This document shows, piece by piece, positions 18,251 to 27,489 of a DNA stretch of 42,188 nucleotides. The translations under genes and the position numbers were made by a program. The DNA lies in the IMG/VR virus record IMGVR_UViG_3300048577_000526, positions 1 to 42,188 of that record; one strand, written 5' to 3'. This DNA comes from a virus (Duplodnaviria > Caudoviricetes). The notes under the pieces were generated by a model. That model searched no databases. It saw nothing but the letters and a program-made list of their open reading frames with translations, and had not been told where the DNA came from. Within the stretch, counting starts at the first letter, position 1. The number at the start of each line of letters is the position of its first letter.

Positions 18251-18882
18251 ACGATACCTCCACATTTGGCCTCGGCGCCATGATGCTGGGCGGGCGCGTC
18301 GAGCCTGCTGGGCGCGCTGGCAATGTCCGCCAAACCCACGATTTTTACCCAACGCCGCCCGACGCGACCTTGGCGCTCTTGCGGGCGGAGGGGCCGCACA
18401 TCGCGCGGGCCGGACGCGGGCGGGTATGGGAGCCAGCCTGTGGCGACGGTGCGATTGCGCGGGTGTTGGAAGGTAACGGTATCCGCGTCGTTGGGACTGA
18501 TCTGGTCTATCGAGGATATGGCGAGAAGAGGCCCCGCGATTTTCTGAAGGAGCGTCAGGCCCGCGCGATGGCGATCGTCACTAATCCGCCCTTCGATAAA
18601 CGGATCGTCGTCGACTTTATCGATCATGCCCTCAATCTTTGCCCCCGCTATGTCGCCATGTTCCTGAAGGCGACGTTCTTTCACGCAGCGGGAAGGAGGG
18701 CGCTGTTCGATCGTCGGCCTCCCGCGATGATCTACCCCCTTACTTGGCGGCCAGACTTCTTGGGGCTTGATGCCCCGGCCCTCGAATGCTCCTGGTACGT
18801 TTGGCGTCCTCGCCATCCGAGCGATGCGCGGGGTGCTCGTTATCAGCCACTACCCAGGCCGGAACGGATGGGTGACGCATGA
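18247..18882 (+). CDS. Small SAM-dependent amino (N6-A/N4-C) DNA methyltransferase-like protein
   Basis: 'DFYPTP', motif I 'WEPACGDGAI' and motif IV 'IVTNPPF'. Confidence 0.8.
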   Translation: MNDTSTFGLGAMMLGGRVEPAGRAGNVRQTHDFYPTPPDATLALLRAEGPHIARAGRGRVWEPACGDGAIARVLEGNGIRVVGTDLVYRGYGEKRPRDFLKERQARAMAIVTNPPFDKRIVVDFIDHALNLCPRYVAMFLKATFFHAAGRRALFDRRPPAMIYPLTWRPDFLGLDAPALECSWYVWRPRHPSDARGARYQPLPRPERMGDA

Positions 18883-20456
18883 GCGCCATTACCGACATGA
18901 TCGATCGCGCCCCTGATGCGGCCGATCGGCTTGACCTCGATCTCGCGAAGCTGCCGCGAAACGACTACGGCAATGCCATGCGACTGCTGAGGCGCGAGGG
19001 CGATAATCTGCTCTTCGTCGACGAAATCGGTGCTCATGTATGGGATGGCCGGCGCTGGTCGGCCGAGGGCGGCGAGTATCGCGCGATGCAGCTCGCCCAC
19101 AAGGTCGCGGAGAAGATCCGTGCCGAGGCCGATGCCCTGCAGCGGGAGTATGACAGCATCATCCTGATGCCGAAGAAGGATCGGCCGCCCGGCTTCGATC
19201 GCGAAGCCTATCTGGAGCGTATCCAGAAGCACTATTCATTCGCGACCGCGAGCGGCAATACCGCGAAGGTCGAGGCCATGTTGCGGGCTGTCATTCCCTA
19301 TAAGCGCGTGAGGCCAGACCAGCTCAACGCCGATATCTGGCTTCTCAACGTGCGGAATGGCACGCTGGAGCTGAAGGTCGAAACCGGCGACAGCATGCCC
19401 CAAGTGCGCCTTCGGGAACACCGGCGCGAGGATTTGATCACGCTCCTGGCCGATGTCGATTACGACCCTCAGGCCCAGGCGCCGCTCTTTGACCGCTTCA
19501 TCCGCCGTATCCAGCCGATTGATGCCGTGCGCACCTTCGTCCAGACCTATCTCGGCCTGGCGCTGACCGGCGATGTGTCGGAGCAGAAGATGGCGATCTT
19601 CTTCGGCGTGGGCTCGAACGGCAAATCGGTGCTGGTCGATACCATGAACCATATGCTCGATGACTATGCTGTCACCGTGCCAGTGCAGACCTTCATGTAT
19701 GACGATCGCCGTTCGGGCGCCCAGGCCTCGCCGGACATCGCGCGCATGGCACATATGCGCTTCGTCATGGCCTCGGAGCCCGAGGTCGGCTCCCGTCTCT
19801 CGGAATCGGTCGTCAAGCGGGTGACGGGCGGCGAGGAAATGGAGGCGCGGCACCTCAACAAGGGCTTCTTCGACTTCATGCCCCGCTTCAAGATGGTGCT
19901 GTCGGTCAACATCCGGCCGCAGATCCAGGGTCAGGACCACGGCATCTGGCGCCGCGTTAATCTTGTGCCGTTCGAGGTCGTGATCCCAAAGCCAGAGGTC
20001 GACAAGACGCTGCCAAAGCGCCTGCGAGCAGAATACTCGGGCATCCTCAACTGGCTGCTAGAAGGCTTGGGGTTCTGGTTCGCCGATAACGGCCTCGTCA
20101 TCCCGGAAGAGGTGACGCTCGCGACCGAGAATTACCGCTCGCGTGCACAGCCGGTCAACACCTTCATCGCCGATGCCATCAACCGCAAGGCCGGCGAGCA
20201 TGTCGGCGCGACCCGACTCTACGAGCTCTACAAGGAGTGGTGCCAAGCCAATGCCGAGGACCCTGTGACGCAAACCAAGTTCGGCCGCCTGCTCGATGAC
20301 ATGGGCTTCAAGAAGGTGAAGGCCGGCAACGTGTTCTACGCCGACATGGAGCTGAAGGTGCGCACGTTCAAGGCGGATAGTTCGGAAGGTGACGGTGCCG
20401 ATGAAAGCGGGGAGGGCGGTGATCCGAGGCCGGAACCGCCGCCCAATAGCGGATGA
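18879..20456 (+). CDS. P4/D5-family primase-associated SF3 helicase
   Basis: D5-N region 'NDYGNAMRL..LLNVRNGTLEL', Walker A 'FGVGSNGKS', 'KRVTGGE..ARHL', 'GIWRRV' and a C-terminal winged helix. Confidence 0.9.
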   Translation: MSAITDMIDRAPDAADRLDLDLAKLPRNDYGNAMRLLRREGDNLLFVDEIGAHVWDGRRWSAEGGEYRAMQLAHKVAEKIRAEADALQREYDSIILMPKKDRPPGFDREAYLERIQKHYSFATASGNTAKVEAMLRAVIPYKRVRPDQLNADIWLLNVRNGTLELKVETGDSMPQVRLREHRREDLITLLADVDYDPQAQAPLFDRFIRRIQPIDAVRTFVQTYLGLALTGDVSEQKMAIFFGVGSNGKSVLVDTMNHMLDDYAVTVPVQTFMYDDRRSGAQASPDIARMAHMRFVMASEPEVGSRLSESVVKRVTGGEEMEARHLNKGFFDFMPRFKMVLSVNIRPQIQGQDHGIWRRVNLVPFEVVIPKPEVDKTLPKRLRAEYSGILNWLLEGLGFWFADNGLVIPEEVTLATENYRSRAQPVNTFIADAINRKAGEHVGATRLYELYKEWCQANAEDPVTQTKFGRLLDDMGFKKVKAGNVFYADMELKVRTFKADSSEGDGADESGEGGDPRPEPPPNSG

Positions 20457-20630
20457 TGGACGGTCGAACCGTCCAGACGGGCCAACCGTCCGCAAAAATC
20501 ACAACGCATTTTCAGGACGTTGCGGAGGGTTGGAGAGTTTGGACGGTTTTCCGCCCCCTCCGCACATGTGCGCCCGCCCGCACACACGACCCTTAATCAC
20601 CAAAACTATCCAACTATCCAAACTATCCAA
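20457..20630. repeat. Cluster of AACYNTCC octamers in both orientations; candidate replication origin
   Basis: TGGACGGT-CGA-ACCGTCCA (20457-20475); AACCGTCC at 20484; GGAGGGTT/GGAGAGTT/GGACGGTT at 20524, 20532, 20541; AACTATCC at 20604, 20612, 20621. Confidence 0.6.
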
Positions 20631-20656
20631 ACAGTGAAGAAAGCAGGGGAAGAGAA

Positions 20657-21259
20657 ATGGAAAAGCGAGCAAAGCTGACAGCGCCCAATCTGCCCCAGAC
20701 CCGAGCCCGCGACGTGCGGGCGGCAAAGGATGTGCAGGCCATGTGGACCGGCGAGCCCGAGGCGCGGCCGTCGAATGATCGGCCCGCTGTCGTGCTGAAG
20801 CACCCAAGGCGGGATGCCACTGGCGAACGCCGTGCGCGCGATGCCTCGGACCCGGTGTCGCAATGGATTGTCGTGATCGAGCAGCAGCTCCACGAGGCTG
20901 CCGATGTTGTGCGGCGTATGGGCAACTCCGGCTATAAGCTGGGCAGCAGTGTCGCTTGGCCCGCCTTCTTGCGCGAGGCAATTGAGAGTGCCGATGAAGG
21001 CGTCGAACTGCCGCGCGTCATTCCCGACAATGATGCTGCCGATCGCGCAATTGCTTTCCTCGTCCTGCTCTCGCGCTTGCCACAGTATGAACGCCAACTC
21101 ATCGCAGCGCGTATCGTTGCGCGCCAATCCTTCCGCGATTGCGCTGCCTACTTTCATCGTTCCAAGTCTCAGATTGAACGTGACTACCGCATGGCCCTCA
21201 TCGCCTTCGCTTACGTCGTCAAAAATTCTGCGGGACAGATGGGACAAAAAGGGGTATGA
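20657..21259 (+). CDS. Probable late-gene regulator (Q-position protein with a sigma-70 region 4-like HTH)
   Basis: C-terminal 'LSRLPQYERQLIAARIVARQSFRDCAAYFHRSKSQIERDY'; sits between replication and packaging genes. Confidence 0.6.
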   Translation: MEKRAKLTAPNLPQTRARDVRAAKDVQAMWTGEPEARPSNDRPAVVLKHPRRDATGERRARDASDPVSQWIVVIEQQLHEAADVVRRMGNSGYKLGSSVAWPAFLREAIESADEGVELPRVIPDNDAADRAIAFLVLLSRLPQYERQLIAARIVARQSFRDCAAYFHRSKSQIERDYRMALIAFAYVVKNSAGQMGQKGV

Positions 21260-21389
21260 GAATCGTCATCATCGAAGTACCTGCGCCCGCCCGAGTCTCA
21301 CTCGCGGCGGGCGCTCTCGTTTCGGCCTGCGACCTGTGGACATCGACTGGACCCGCGACCCTTGGGAGGGACACCCCCCCGGGGGTCGC

Positions 21390-21514
21390 GGGTCCTTCCT
21401 TTTCCGCGCACTCACGCGGGCAACGCAGCCGCGGGTTTGCACCAGCTTTAGTCTGATTTGAGAGCCTAAAGTTTAGGGCTTTAGAGAGGGCCGAACGGCC
21501 TTTAGCGAGTTTAG
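21390..21514 (+). other. cos packaging site (cosQ/cosN/cosB-like)
   Basis: GGGTCCT (21390-21396), then GGGCAACGCAGC-CGCGGGTTT (21418-21438), then repeated TTTAG, immediately upstream of the small terminase. Confidence 0.6.
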
Positions 21515-21516
21515 TC

Positions 21517-22158
21517 ATGCAGATGACGCAAGGCTCGGCCGAGGCGAACGGCGTTCGCCAGCTCGTGACGAAGAGTGAGCTGGCCCGGCGCATTGGCGTG
21601 TCGGCTGGCCGCGTGTCGCAGTATCTAACCGAGGGAAAAATCTACGGCGACGCCATCGTCGGCGAGGGCCGCGCGGCCATGATCGATTACGGCCTCGCTC
21701 GCTCGCAGTTGGGCCTGGCGCTCGACCCCGTCCAGATGACGGCACAGATGCGATCCCTGCCGGAGGGCGAAAGCCCAGAGCTGCCGATGGCGTCGTCGGC
21801 GCCGGTCGTATCGGATGAGCAGCGTCGTCATCAATCGATCAAGGTGCAGCAGGCCGAGCTGACGCTGCAGCGCCAGATCCGCGAGGACAAGGAATCGCGG
21901 GGCGTTTACATGCGGACCGATGCGGCCCGCCGCGAGTTTGCCAAGTCCATCGTCGACCTCGTCGATGGCATGGATCAATTGATCGGTGTGCTGATCGAGA
22001 AGATCGCGACCGAGCTGAAACTGGAAAAGCAACAAGTCGCTGTGATTCTGCGGCGTGAGTGGCGGGAATGGCGTGAGCGCCAAGCCACCCAGGCGCGAGA
22101 GAGTGTCGCGACAAGCGAGGAATTCCTCGCAGACGAGGACGAGACTGGCGATGGCTGA
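21517..22158 (+). CDS. Terminase small subunit (Nu1-like)
   Basis: N-terminal HTH 'TKSELARRIGVSAGRVSQY' and a coiled coil; directly precedes the large subunit. Confidence 0.78.
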   Translation: MQMTQGSAEANGVRQLVTKSELARRIGVSAGRVSQYLTEGKIYGDAIVGEGRAAMIDYGLARSQLGLALDPVQMTAQMRSLPEGESPELPMASSAPVVSDEQRRHQSIKVQQAELTLQRQIREDKESRGVYMRTDAARREFAKSIVDLVDGMDQLIGVLIEKIATELKLEKQQVAVILRREWREWRERQATQARESVATSEEFLADEDETGDG

Positions 22159-24076
22159 CGGCGGCGCCTTCCTTGCGAACCCGGCTCGGGTGGCGAGCGA
22201 GGCGATCGCCAATGCCATTGCGCCGTCGCCACCCGTGGATTTCCATCGGTGGGCGATCGACAATGTGAAGTTCGGCTCCGAAAGCCCGATCCCTGGGCCC
22301 TATAAGACCGAGCTGTTTCCTTTCTTCAAGCGCATCCTGGAGGTGCTGGGGCCGGACCATCCGGCGCAGGAAGTCGTCGTCAAGAAATCGGCGCAGCTCG
22401 GCGGTACCGTGCTCGCTCAGATCTTCCTGGGTGGCTCGCTCGATCTCGATCCGTGCATCTTCATGTACGTGCATCCGACCGAGCCTAACGCGGAGAAATG
22501 GGCGAAGACCAAGTGGCGGCCAATGATCCGCCAATCGCCGCGCCTTACCGCACTTCTGCCGGAGGGCAAGAGCCGGGACGCTAAGAGCTCGACGCTGTAT
22601 CAGGAGCGCGCTGACGGGCGCGGCGCCGTGCAGATCACGGGCGCCAGCTCGCCAAGCTCGCTCTCGATGTTCAGCGCCAGGCGACAGGTCCAGGACGACT
22701 TGTCGAAGTGGGAGCACAACAGCGCTGGCGATCCCGAGGTCCAGGCCGATAGCCGCACCTCGGCGTTCTATGACGGCAAGACTTTGAAGATCGGCACGCC
22801 GCTCGTCGAGCCGGGTTGCCGCACCAGCAAGCTCTACGAGCTCTCGACGAAAGAGCAGTGGTACGTTCCATGTCCGCATTGCGATCACCGGCACCCGCTG
22901 GAATGGTCGAACATGCAGGCCTTTATCGAGGCGCATCCGGAGGACGACCCTTGCTTTACCTGTCCGTCCTGCGGCGGGTTGATTGAAGAATATCATCGGC
23001 GCGACATCGTTTTCCTGGGGGAGTGGATTGCCGAGAACCCCGGTGCAACGCGCATCGGTTTCTACATCTGGTCGGCGTACTCACCGATCGGCCGAGGCTG
23101 GCGCAGCATTCGCGATCGCTGGCTGGAGTCGAAGGGAGATCCGGCGCGCGAGCAAGCGTTCCTCAATGACGTCGCAGGCCTTGCCTTTAAGGCGCAGGGC
23201 GAGGCGCCACCTTGGGAAGAGATCGCTGCCCGGGCGAAGGAAAGTGAACGCCGCCGTGGTGTCATCCCGATCGGGGGGCTTCTGCTCACGATGGGGCTCG
23301 ATTGTCAGCAGGACCGCGTCGAGTGGAACCTGATGGCGCATGGCCAGCACTTCCATCGGTGGGCGATCGACTACGGCAGGGTCGAGGGTCACATCAGCGA
23401 TGAGGCCACCCAGGTCAAGTTGAATGAGCTCCTTGCTCAGACCTGGCCGGACGTCTTTGGCAATCGCCGATCGCTCAATCTCGCAGCGATCGATGGTGGC
23501 GCATGGACGAACGACGTAGGGGCCTGGGTGAAGAAGCACCCGATCTCGAAAGTGATTATGGTGCGTGGTGTCGCGTCGGATCTGGCTCCGCCGATCACCA
23601 AGGTTCGCCGTGATACGACGAAGACCGGCAAGCCGATCAAGTATGCCAATCGCTTCTTCAATGTCGGCGTCAGCCTCATGAAGATGTCGCTCTACCAGAA
23701 CCTCAAGAAAGCCGACCCAATATCGCGCGGATATTGCGGCTATCCCGAGGGTTTTGACGACGACTACTACCAGCAGCTCTGCGCCGAGCGACGGGTGGCG
23801 AAAAAGACGAAGACTGGCTTCGAGCAATTCGTCTGGACGAAAGACCCGTCGCAGCGGAACGAGGTGCTCGACACCACGCTCTATGCCGAAGCAGCTGCGG
23901 TGCGGCTGGGTTGGCGCGAAATGACTGACGAGGCGTGGGCGCGTCTCGCTGCGAAGCTAGAAGTCGTTCCGGAATCGCAGCAGCTCGACATCGAGCAGTT
24001 GATGGCGCCCGGCGTGGCGTCGACCGAAACCAAAGACGCCGCGACGGCGGCGACGAAAGCAAGGAGGCTGGCATGA
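22151..24076 (+). CDS. Terminase large subunit (lambda GpA family)
   Basis: 'KKSAQLGGT', 'VQDDLSKW', 'VPCPHC..CPSCG', 'MGLDCQQDR' and 'RNEVLDTTLYA'; start ATG at 22151. Confidence 0.93.
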   Translation: MADGGAFLANPARVASEAIANAIAPSPPVDFHRWAIDNVKFGSESPIPGPYKTELFPFFKRILEVLGPDHPAQEVVVKKSAQLGGTVLAQIFLGGSLDLDPCIFMYVHPTEPNAEKWAKTKWRPMIRQSPRLTALLPEGKSRDAKSSTLYQERADGRGAVQITGASSPSSLSMFSARRQVQDDLSKWEHNSAGDPEVQADSRTSAFYDGKTLKIGTPLVEPGCRTSKLYELSTKEQWYVPCPHCDHRHPLEWSNMQAFIEAHPEDDPCFTCPSCGGLIEEYHRRDIVFLGEWIAENPGATRIGFYIWSAYSPIGRGWRSIRDRWLESKGDPAREQAFLNDVAGLAFKAQGEAPPWEEIAARAKESERRRGVIPIGGLLLTMGLDCQQDRVEWNLMAHGQHFHRWAIDYGRVEGHISDEATQVKLNELLAQTWPDVFGNRRSLNLAAIDGGAWTNDVGAWVKKHPISKVIMVRGVASDLAPPITKVRRDTTKTGKPIKYANRFFNVGVSLMKMSLYQNLKKADPISRGYCGYPEGFDDDYYQQLCAERRVAKKTKTGFEQFVWTKDPSQRNEVLDTTLYAEAAAVRLGWREMTDEAWARLAAKLEVVPESQQLDIEQLMAPGVASTETKDAATAATKARRLA

Positions 24077-24303
24077 ACGGTTGCGCTTTATCGCCCGAGC
24101 AGCAGCGCCTCGCCGATCTCGTCGCCGCCCGCGATGCGCTGGCAATGGGCAAGAGCGTGGCGTCTGTCACGCACAATGGAAAGACGGTCAGCTATCACGC
24201 AGGCGACATCAGCCGGCTTGATCAGTTGATCGCGGAAGCGCGTACCGCCCTCGGGCTTTTCCGTCGGCGTTCCTTCGTTCCCAGCTTCGGTGGCCGTCGA
24301 TGA
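24073..24303 (+). CDS. gpW-like head-tail joining protein
   Basis: 'LAMGKSVASVTHNGKTVSY..ISRLDQLIAE'; between terminase and portal; RBS AAGGAGG. Confidence 0.8.
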   Translation: MNGCALSPEQQRLADLVAARDALAMGKSVASVTHNGKTVSYHAGDISRLDQLIAEARTALGLFRRRSFVPSFGGRR

Positions 24304-25898
24304 AAACGCAGCTCGTCCAGGTCGATGGGGTGACGCCGTTGCGGCGCATCGAGGCCAGCACGTCCTATGGCGCAGCCTCGCGCAGCAGCCAGGAGCTGGC
24401 GGGTTGGAATCCGATGACGGTCTCCGCCGACGCGGCCTTCCTGCCGGAGCGGGATGTGATCGTCGCGCGCGTCCGGGATCTGGTTCGCAACGACGGCTGG
24501 GCGGCCGGCAGCGTCCGGCGCGAGTTGGACAATGTCGTCGGCGCCGAGCTGCGATTGTCGGCAAAACCCGACTGGCGCGCTCTCGGTCTGACGGCGAAGT
24601 GGGCGTCTGAATTCGCAAGTCAGGTCGAGGCGCTGTGGCGGCTTTATACCGATGACCCGCGATTCATGTGCGACGCCACGCGGCATGACACGATGGGCGG
24701 GCTGTTCGGTCAAGCCTATCGTCACTATGTCGTCGACGGCGAGGCGCTCGCGGTACTGCTCTGGCTTCCCAATCGTGGCGGCCGGTATGCGACGGCGGTG
24801 CAGATCATCGACCCGGATCGCCTGTCGAATCCGAGTGATCGGATGGACAGCGATCGCCTACGCAGTGGCGTCGAGGTCGATCAATACGGCGCGTCTGTGG
24901 CGTACCACATTCGCAAGCAGCATCCGTTTGATCTGCCGATGGTAGGCATCGGAACTTACGAGTGGGAGCGTGTTCCACGTGAAACCGAGCACGGTCGCCC
25001 GATCGTCATTCATTTCTACGATAAGGATTCGGCGGGCCTCACACGCGGCGTTGCTCGACTAACCCCTGTCGTCGAGCGCCTGATGATGCTTGGCAAGTAC
25101 GACAAGGTCGAGCTGCAGGCGTCCGCTTTGAACGCGATGTTCTCGGCCTTCATTGAGAGCCCATTCGATCATGAGGCCTTGGGTGCCATGCTCGATGATG
25201 GCGCGATGGACAAGTATCAGGACATGCGCTCGGCCTTCCATGAGGAGCGGCGCATCCGCCTGGGTGGGGTACGCGTCAACACGCTGTTTCCCGGTGAATC
25301 TCTGAAACTGCAGACAGCGCAGCGCGCGGCCTCAGTGTTTGCGGATTTCGAGGCAGCGGTGCTGCGCAACATCGCGGCGGGTACCGGCCTCTCTTACGAG
25401 CAGCTCTCGCAGGACTGGTCGAAGACGAATTACAGCTCGGCGCGCGCTGCCCTGCTGGAAACTTGGAAGACCTTTGTTTCTCGTCGCACCGCGTTCGGCC
25501 GCCGCTTCGCGCGCCAGATCTATATGGCCTGGCTCGAAGAGGCGATCGACAAGGGTGATATCGAATTGCCGGCAGGTGCGCCGGATTTCTACGACGCACT
25601 GGCGGCCTATACCCGCTGCCGCTGGATCGGCCCTGGCCGTGGCTGGGTCGACCCGGTCAAGGAAAAAGAGGGCGCCATCCTGGGCATCTCCGCCGGACTC
25701 TCCACCTTGGAGAACGAGGCGGCAGAGCAGGGCCTCGATTACGAAGAGGTGCTGGCTCAGATCGAGATCGAAATCGGCGAGATGCCGAACGGTGTCCTCC
25801 ATCCGGCGCAAGTCGGATCGGCAAAGCTTCTCGCTGCTGGTGCGTCGCAAGGGGGTCAACGGCAGGAAGCCGAGGCGGAAGGTGAAGGAGCGAAATGA
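24300..25898 (+). CDS. Portal protein, lambda family
   Basis: 'RVRDLVRNDGWA', 'DWSKTNYSSARAALLE' and 'WIGPGRGWVDPVKE'. Confidence 0.93.
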   Translation: MKTQLVQVDGVTPLRRIEASTSYGAASRSSQELAGWNPMTVSADAAFLPERDVIVARVRDLVRNDGWAAGSVRRELDNVVGAELRLSAKPDWRALGLTAKWASEFASQVEALWRLYTDDPRFMCDATRHDTMGGLFGQAYRHYVVDGEALAVLLWLPNRGGRYATAVQIIDPDRLSNPSDRMDSDRLRSGVEVDQYGASVAYHIRKQHPFDLPMVGIGTYEWERVPRETEHGRPIVIHFYDKDSAGLTRGVARLTPVVERLMMLGKYDKVELQASALNAMFSAFIESPFDHEALGAMLDDGAMDKYQDMRSAFHEERRIRLGGVRVNTLFPGESLKLQTAQRAASVFADFEAAVLRNIAAGTGLSYEQLSQDWSKTNYSSARAALLETWKTFVSRRTAFGRRFARQIYMAWLEEAIDKGDIELPAGAPDFYDALAAYTRCRWIGPGRGWVDPVKEKEGAILGISAGLSTLENEAAEQGLDYEEVLAQIEIEIGEMPNGVLHPAQVGSAKLLAAGASQGGQRQEAEAEGEGAK

Positions 25899-26761
25899 TG
25901 GACATCGGGAGCGATCATCTTCCGACTCTGCTGGCGCCTGGGTTCGAACAATCGATGCTGCTCGCAATCGGCCGCGCATACGTGCAGCAGCAGGACGTCA
26001 AGCCGCGCATGAACTATGTCGGCGACGGCCAAGTGCGGCAGGCACTCTATCCTGTGGCCGGTCGCGTCGCGATCATCAGCATTCGCGGCACGCTCTTGAC
26101 CAGTTACCCGTGGGTCGGTGATCCCTGGGCGACGGGTTACGACGTTCTGCGCCTGCAGTTCACGCATGCCTTTGCGGACCCGGATGTCGACGCCATCGTG
26201 ATGGATGTCGAAAGCGGCGGCGGGCAGGCCTCGGGTTGCTTTGAGCTCTGCGAATGGATCGTTGCAGAGCGAAAAAAGGTAGGGAAGCCGATTGCCGCGA
26301 TCTGCAACGACTACGCCTACAGCGCTGCATGCGCCCTGACGAGCTGCGCCGATACTGTCTCAGTGCCGAAACTAGGCGGCTATGGGTCGATCGGCGTCAT
26401 CCTCGTGCACTTCGACTATTCGAAGATGCTGGAGGAATGGGGTGTCAAACCGACGATCATGGCGGCCGGCAAGCACAAGGCCGATGGCAATTTTCTCGAG
26501 CCGCTGCCGGATAGCGTGCGCGATGAGTGGCAGGCGCAGATCGAAGATCTCCGCCTGATCTTCTGCGAAACGGTGGCCGCCAACCGGAAGGCCGCCGGAG
26601 TCAACATGACAGTCGATGACTGTCTTGCGACCGAGGCCCGTGCCTATGCCGGCCGCCTTGGTACGGCCGAGGTTCTGAAGCTCGGCCTGGTGGACGCGAT
26701 CCTTGCGCCTGACGCGGCTTTGGCGGCGGTGCTGGATGCGGTGAGTAAAGCCGCCGCGTGA
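25895..26761 (+). CDS. S49-family capsid maturation protease
   Basis: 'MDVESGGG', 'AYSAACAL', 'GSIGV' and 'AGKHKADG'. Confidence 0.88.
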   Translation: MMDIGSDHLPTLLAPGFEQSMLLAIGRAYVQQQDVKPRMNYVGDGQVRQALYPVAGRVAIISIRGTLLTSYPWVGDPWATGYDVLRLQFTHAFADPDVDAIVMDVESGGGQASGCFELCEWIVAERKKVGKPIAAICNDYAYSAACALTSCADTVSVPKLGGYGSIGVILVHFDYSKMLEEWGVKPTIMAAGKHKADGNFLEPLPDSVRDEWQAQIEDLRLIFCETVAANRKAAGVNMTVDDCLATEARAYAGRLGTAEVLKLGLVDAILAPDAALAAVLDAVSKAAA

Positions 26762-26816
26762 CGCGGGCCGGCATTGGCAATGTGGGCCCGCTGGCCCGCT
26801 GAAACAGGAGAAGACA

Positions 26817-27410
26817 ATGGGTCTCAGACTGCTAAGTTTCGCTCATCTCGGTATCGGCGCGAAGGCGCCGAAGGCCAAGGCGGACAAGGACAAGAAGAAA
26901 GGCGCCCAGGCTCAGGCCGGCGCCGACGCATCCTCGGAAGAGGATGATGGTGAAGGCGGCGGCGAAGACGAGTCCGAGGAGGAGGCCCAAGAGGACTCCG
27001 AAGAGGAAAACGCCGAAACCGACGAAAACGAAGAGGAAGGCGAGGGCGAAGAAGACAAGGACGAGCAGGCGAAAGCCGTGAATGCTGCTCGCCTTGGCGA
27101 GCGCGCTCGCTGCGCCGCCATTTTCGCCGCGCCGGAAGCCGCCGGCAAAGTCGAGGTCGCGGCCGAGCTGGCCTTCAATTCCGAGCTTTCGGCCAAGCAG
27201 GCAATCGCTGTCATGAAGGCGATCCCTGCGGGCAGCAGCGCCGGCCGTCTCGCGAAGGCGATGGAATCCGTCACCAATCCCTCGCTCGGTGCCGACGGCG
27301 GTGCCGGCACCACCTCCGGCGGTGGCGCTGGTGCCAGTGCCGAGGAAAGAGCGGCGAACCGGATTCTTGCCTCGGCGAGGTCCGCGCGGGGCGAGCGCAA
27401 GCGCGCCTAG
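26817..27410 (+). CDS. Probable scaffolding protein (Nu3-like), acidic low-complexity
   Basis: Acidic run followed by 'GERARCAAIF..AAELAF'; between protease and decoration genes; RBS AGGAG. Confidence 0.65.
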   Translation: MGLRLLSFAHLGIGAKAPKAKADKDKKKGAQAQAGADASSEEDDGEGGGEDESEEEAQEDSEEENAETDENEEEGEGEEDKDEQAKAVNAARLGERARCAAIFAAPEAAGKVEVAAELAFNSELSAKQAIAVMKAIPAGSSAGRLAKAMESVTNPSLGADGGAGTTSGGGAGASAEERAANRILASARSARGERKRA

Positions 27411-27433
27411 CTTCTTAACAATCGAGTGCCAGC

Positions 27434-27465
27434 AAAGGGGCGGCCGTGTGCCGCCCCTTTCCTTT
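27434..27465 (+). terminator. Intrinsic terminator-like hairpin
   Basis: AAAGGGGCGGC-CGTGT-GCCGCCCCTTT followed by CCTTT. Confidence 0.55.
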
Positions 27466-27489
27466 CACCCCTAATTCGGAGAATCAGTC

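Noticed and set aside
20606-21247. 213-aa minus-strand ORF
   Set aside because: Antisense to the HTH-bearing late regulator and runs into the origin-like repeats.
21256-21456. 66-aa ORF between the late regulator and terS
   Set aside because: It overlaps the predicted cos site and has no recognisable features. It is not an HNH or lysis gene and is probably non-coding, despite the ATGA overlap.
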